Source: a virus
Lineage: Duplodnaviria; Caudoviricetes
DNA length: 64,000 nt
Reading direction: 5' to 3' (one strand)
IMG/VR virus record: IMGVR_UViG_3300020045_001640
Span: 17,083 to 81,082 of that record
Part shown: piece after piece, positions 62,138 through 64,000 of the stretch
Numbering within the stretch: the stretch's first letter is position 1
How the letters are laid out: each line of letters opens with the position of its first letter
Program-made: the position numbers and the translations under genes
The notes under the pieces: model-generated
Told to the model about the DNA's origin: nothing
What the model saw: the letters and a program-made list of their open reading frames with translations, nothing else
Databases searched by the model: none

Positions 62138-62323
62138 CTATTCTCCTTTGAGTACAAAGTTTGTATCAACCTGTGTAGCATTACAAACAGCACCATCCGT
62201 GAGTTCGTACAGAAAGCTCCCCGAGTCTACATCGTAGAGACGCCGAGCAATTTCATATTCCTCACTAGGATAGTCTTTGTTTTGTATGTTGTCGCCAACT
62301 TTAAATTTGAATTGTTCGCTCAT
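62138..62323 (-). CDS. hypothetical SH3-like protein
   Basis: FKFKVGD pattern; GAGGAG RBS. Confidence 0.6.
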   Translation of the reverse strand: MSEQFKFKVGDNIQNKDYPSEEYEIARRLYDVDSGSFLYELTDGAVCNATQVDTNFVLKGE

Positions 62324-62561
62324 TTGTTTCTCCTCAGAATGTGGCACAGAATACAATGACGAAGAATACGAATTTTGCGAAGGTTTCCATGTTAGGCTCC
62401 AAAGGTAGGCCAATAGCCTGTAATAATCTTGTATCGCTGTCTAGCTGTACGCTCTACAATGTAGTGAAAGCCTCCTACCTTAATCAACGTAGGGTATGTG
62501 AGGCTCTTACCCGCGTACAATTGCCGCTCAATGATGCCGAGTTCAGATATACGCAAGCTTG

Positions 62562-62747
62562 TCATTTCACCTCCGTTACACGAATCTCGCTGTCATCGAA
62601 AGGAGCATCATAAATGTTGCAAGCTTCGTGGTAGTCGAAGTACCCAGCATCACGAGCCATAGCATCTAAGGCTTCTTTCTCGTTCTCACCTTCGTAGACA
62701 CCCAACACAGTGCCGCTGTCAAGATTTACAATTTGGAATTTCTTCAT
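62562..62747 (-). CDS. hypothetical early protein
   Basis: AGGAG RBS; LGVYEG...EALDAMARDAGY. Confidence 0.65.
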   Translation of the reverse strand: MKKFQIVNLDSGTVLGVYEGENEKEALDAMARDAGYFDYHEACNIYDAPFDDSEIRVTEVK

Positions 62748-62801
62748 GGTGTTCTCCTGTTGTGTCACCTCTTGCGAGGCTGTTTGTGTTCCAATGAAGC
62801 C

Positions 62802-62830
62802 ATTCTCACACCCTTCTCAGCGCCTGTCAA
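62802..62830 (-). promoter_or_regulatory. sigma70-like promoter
   Basis: TTGACA-17bp-GAGAAT. Confidence 0.6.
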
Positions 62831-62971
62831 CACATATCTGCAAGAAAGCCTTCAGGAAGCCACAGAAAGGGCATCTTTGTTAGGGTCTGTGAGGTGTTTG
62901 GCTAGAGATATGGGCTAGGATGTGAAAACAGATGAGTGATTGTCAGGAAGGCTTAGAGGGGCTAGAACACG

Positions 62972-63007
62972 TAAGAAAGCCAGCGTTCCCGTTAAGGAGG
63001 CTGGCTG
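62972..63007 (-). terminator. rho-independent terminator
   Basis: AGCCAGC...GCTGGCT then TTCTT on the minus strand. Confidence 0.65.
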
Positions 63008-63010
63008 TTG

Positions 63011-63190
63011 TTAATACACTTCAATACTGTCTACACAATATCCGACATACTTACCAGCATGTAACGAGAGACTTTGTGCAGACTTTACGGCGTCAGCTTT
63101 GTTAGTGTAATGTGCCACAGGCTTTAGGTGGCTATATTCTGACTTACCTTCAAGTACACGCCATACAACATTTGGTTTAGGCTTATTCAT
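63011..63190 (-). CDS. hypothetical protein (59 aa, not in the ORF track)
   Basis: GAGG RBS; MNKPKPNVVWRVLEG... Confidence 0.5.
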   Translation of the reverse strand: MNKPKPNVVWRVLEGKSEYSHLKPVAHYTNKADAVKSAQSLSLHAGKYVGYCVDSIEVY

Positions 63191-63381
63191 TTCTTCCTCT
63201 TAATATCTATCACAGCAAACACAACACCAATAATTGCTACAACGAACACGATAGCAGACACAACCATAATAGCATGTGCAATGTTGTCAGATGTTGCAGC
63301 ACTCAAAGCAGCAGTATTTCCTGCTGCGCCACTAACGTGTCCACGAGAGGTTGTGAGCAAGAGAATTGTTGAGCCTATCAT
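63187..63381 (-). CDS. small membrane protein
   Basis: C-terminal TM helix with a basic tail. Confidence 0.55.
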   Translation of the reverse strand: MIGSTILLLTTSRGHVSGAAGNTAALSAATSDNIAHAIMVVSAIVFVVAIIGVVFAVIDIKRKK

Positions 63382-63815
63382 AATTTAAGTTCCTCCAAAA
63401 CAACCCCAGCAACCTGCTCAAGATCATTCAGTGAACAGTATTGACAGTCTGCTATGTCCTGAACAAATTGTGTAAGTCGCTCCAGCGTGTACGCAAGCTT
63501 CTTCTCACGTTCAATGGCGTCTTTCTTAAACTCTTGAAGAGAGTTTATTTGAACCTTTGTCAGAGCAAGATCTGTAGCATCATCTACAGGCTTCTGGTGG
63601 GAGGCCCATGTGTCATAGTCTTCAAACCTACTGGGCACATACGCATTGTCAGAAGCATCTTCTTTAAGATAGAGGTTGAAGGAATTCTGAGGCCATTTGT
63701 AAGAGACAATTGCTCGCACAGTGTAGCATCGAAGCAAATCTAGGCCACAGCCTACGTTATCCTTACAAACTACCAGTTGGCCTACGTGGAAGCGGCATTT
63801 GGCATCGTCCATCAT
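63378..63815 (-). CDS. hypothetical protein
   Basis: FHVGQLVVC SH3-like N-terminus then coiled coil. Confidence 0.65.
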   Translation of the reverse strand: MMDDAKCRFHVGQLVVCKDNVGCGLDLLRCYTVRAIVSYKWPQNSFNLYLKEDASDNAYVPSRFEDYDTWASHQKPVDDATDLALTKVQINSLQEFKKDAIEREKKLAYTLERLTQFVQDIADCQYCSLNDLEQVAGVVLEELKL

Positions 63816-63994
63816 CCCTTCTCCTTAATAACAACACAATGCGTCTTAGCACATTCCTCACAAATACATTTCATGCTCCCCACACCCTCTAAATAATAGC
63901 CTCCACGCATTGTGTCATGTTCGTAGGTCATGTTAGCGTCGTAGAACGTCTTCGCTCCGCATACGTCGCAGGGACAATAGTCGCAGCCTGCCAT
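63812..63994 (-). CDS. Zn-finger-like hypothetical protein
   Basis: CDVCG...CEEC. Confidence 0.65.
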   Translation of the reverse strand: MAGCDYCPCDVCGAKTFYDANMTYEHDTMRGGYYLEGVGSMKCICEECAKTHCVVIKEKG

Positions 63995-64000
63995 TATGCA

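Overview
The window is a large part of a dsDNA tailed phage genome with siphovirus-type morphogenesis genes: tail tube, frameshifted chaperone and a 1923-aa tape measure, with no sheath gene seen. The host is probably a proteobacterium (inference from sigma70 consensus promoters, two-component spanins and DnaA boxes). 1-17.1 kb (+) is DNA and nucleotide metabolism: an interrupted C5 methyltransferase, dATP/dGTP diphosphohydrolase, SSB-like protein, nucleotidyltransferase, 5'-3' exonuclease, Dam, HNH nuclease, phosphoesterase, MazG-like protein, glutaredoxin, and a ribonucleotide reductase split by a 226-nt group I intron inside its catalytic Cys codon. 17.15-50 kb (-) is lysis, tail, a GC-rich neck/head fibre module, head and packaging genes, with tRNA-Thr(UGU) between terS and terL. 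Four paralogous Zn-ribbon-repeat (DUF723/CapR-like) + T5orf172/GIY-YIG nuclease genes are interleaved in this late operon. 50.2-56 kb (+) has an N6-MTase, PhoH, an HNH and a ClpP-like gene. 56-64 kb (-) has a small serine recombinase, a non-coding region with five co-oriented DnaA boxes, early genes, an HTH replication-initiator-like gene and a 25-bp iteron-like array. No DNA polymerase, primase, helicase or integrase is visible; the replication genes probably lie outside the window. All calls rest on reading motifs by eye; no database searches or folding programs were run.
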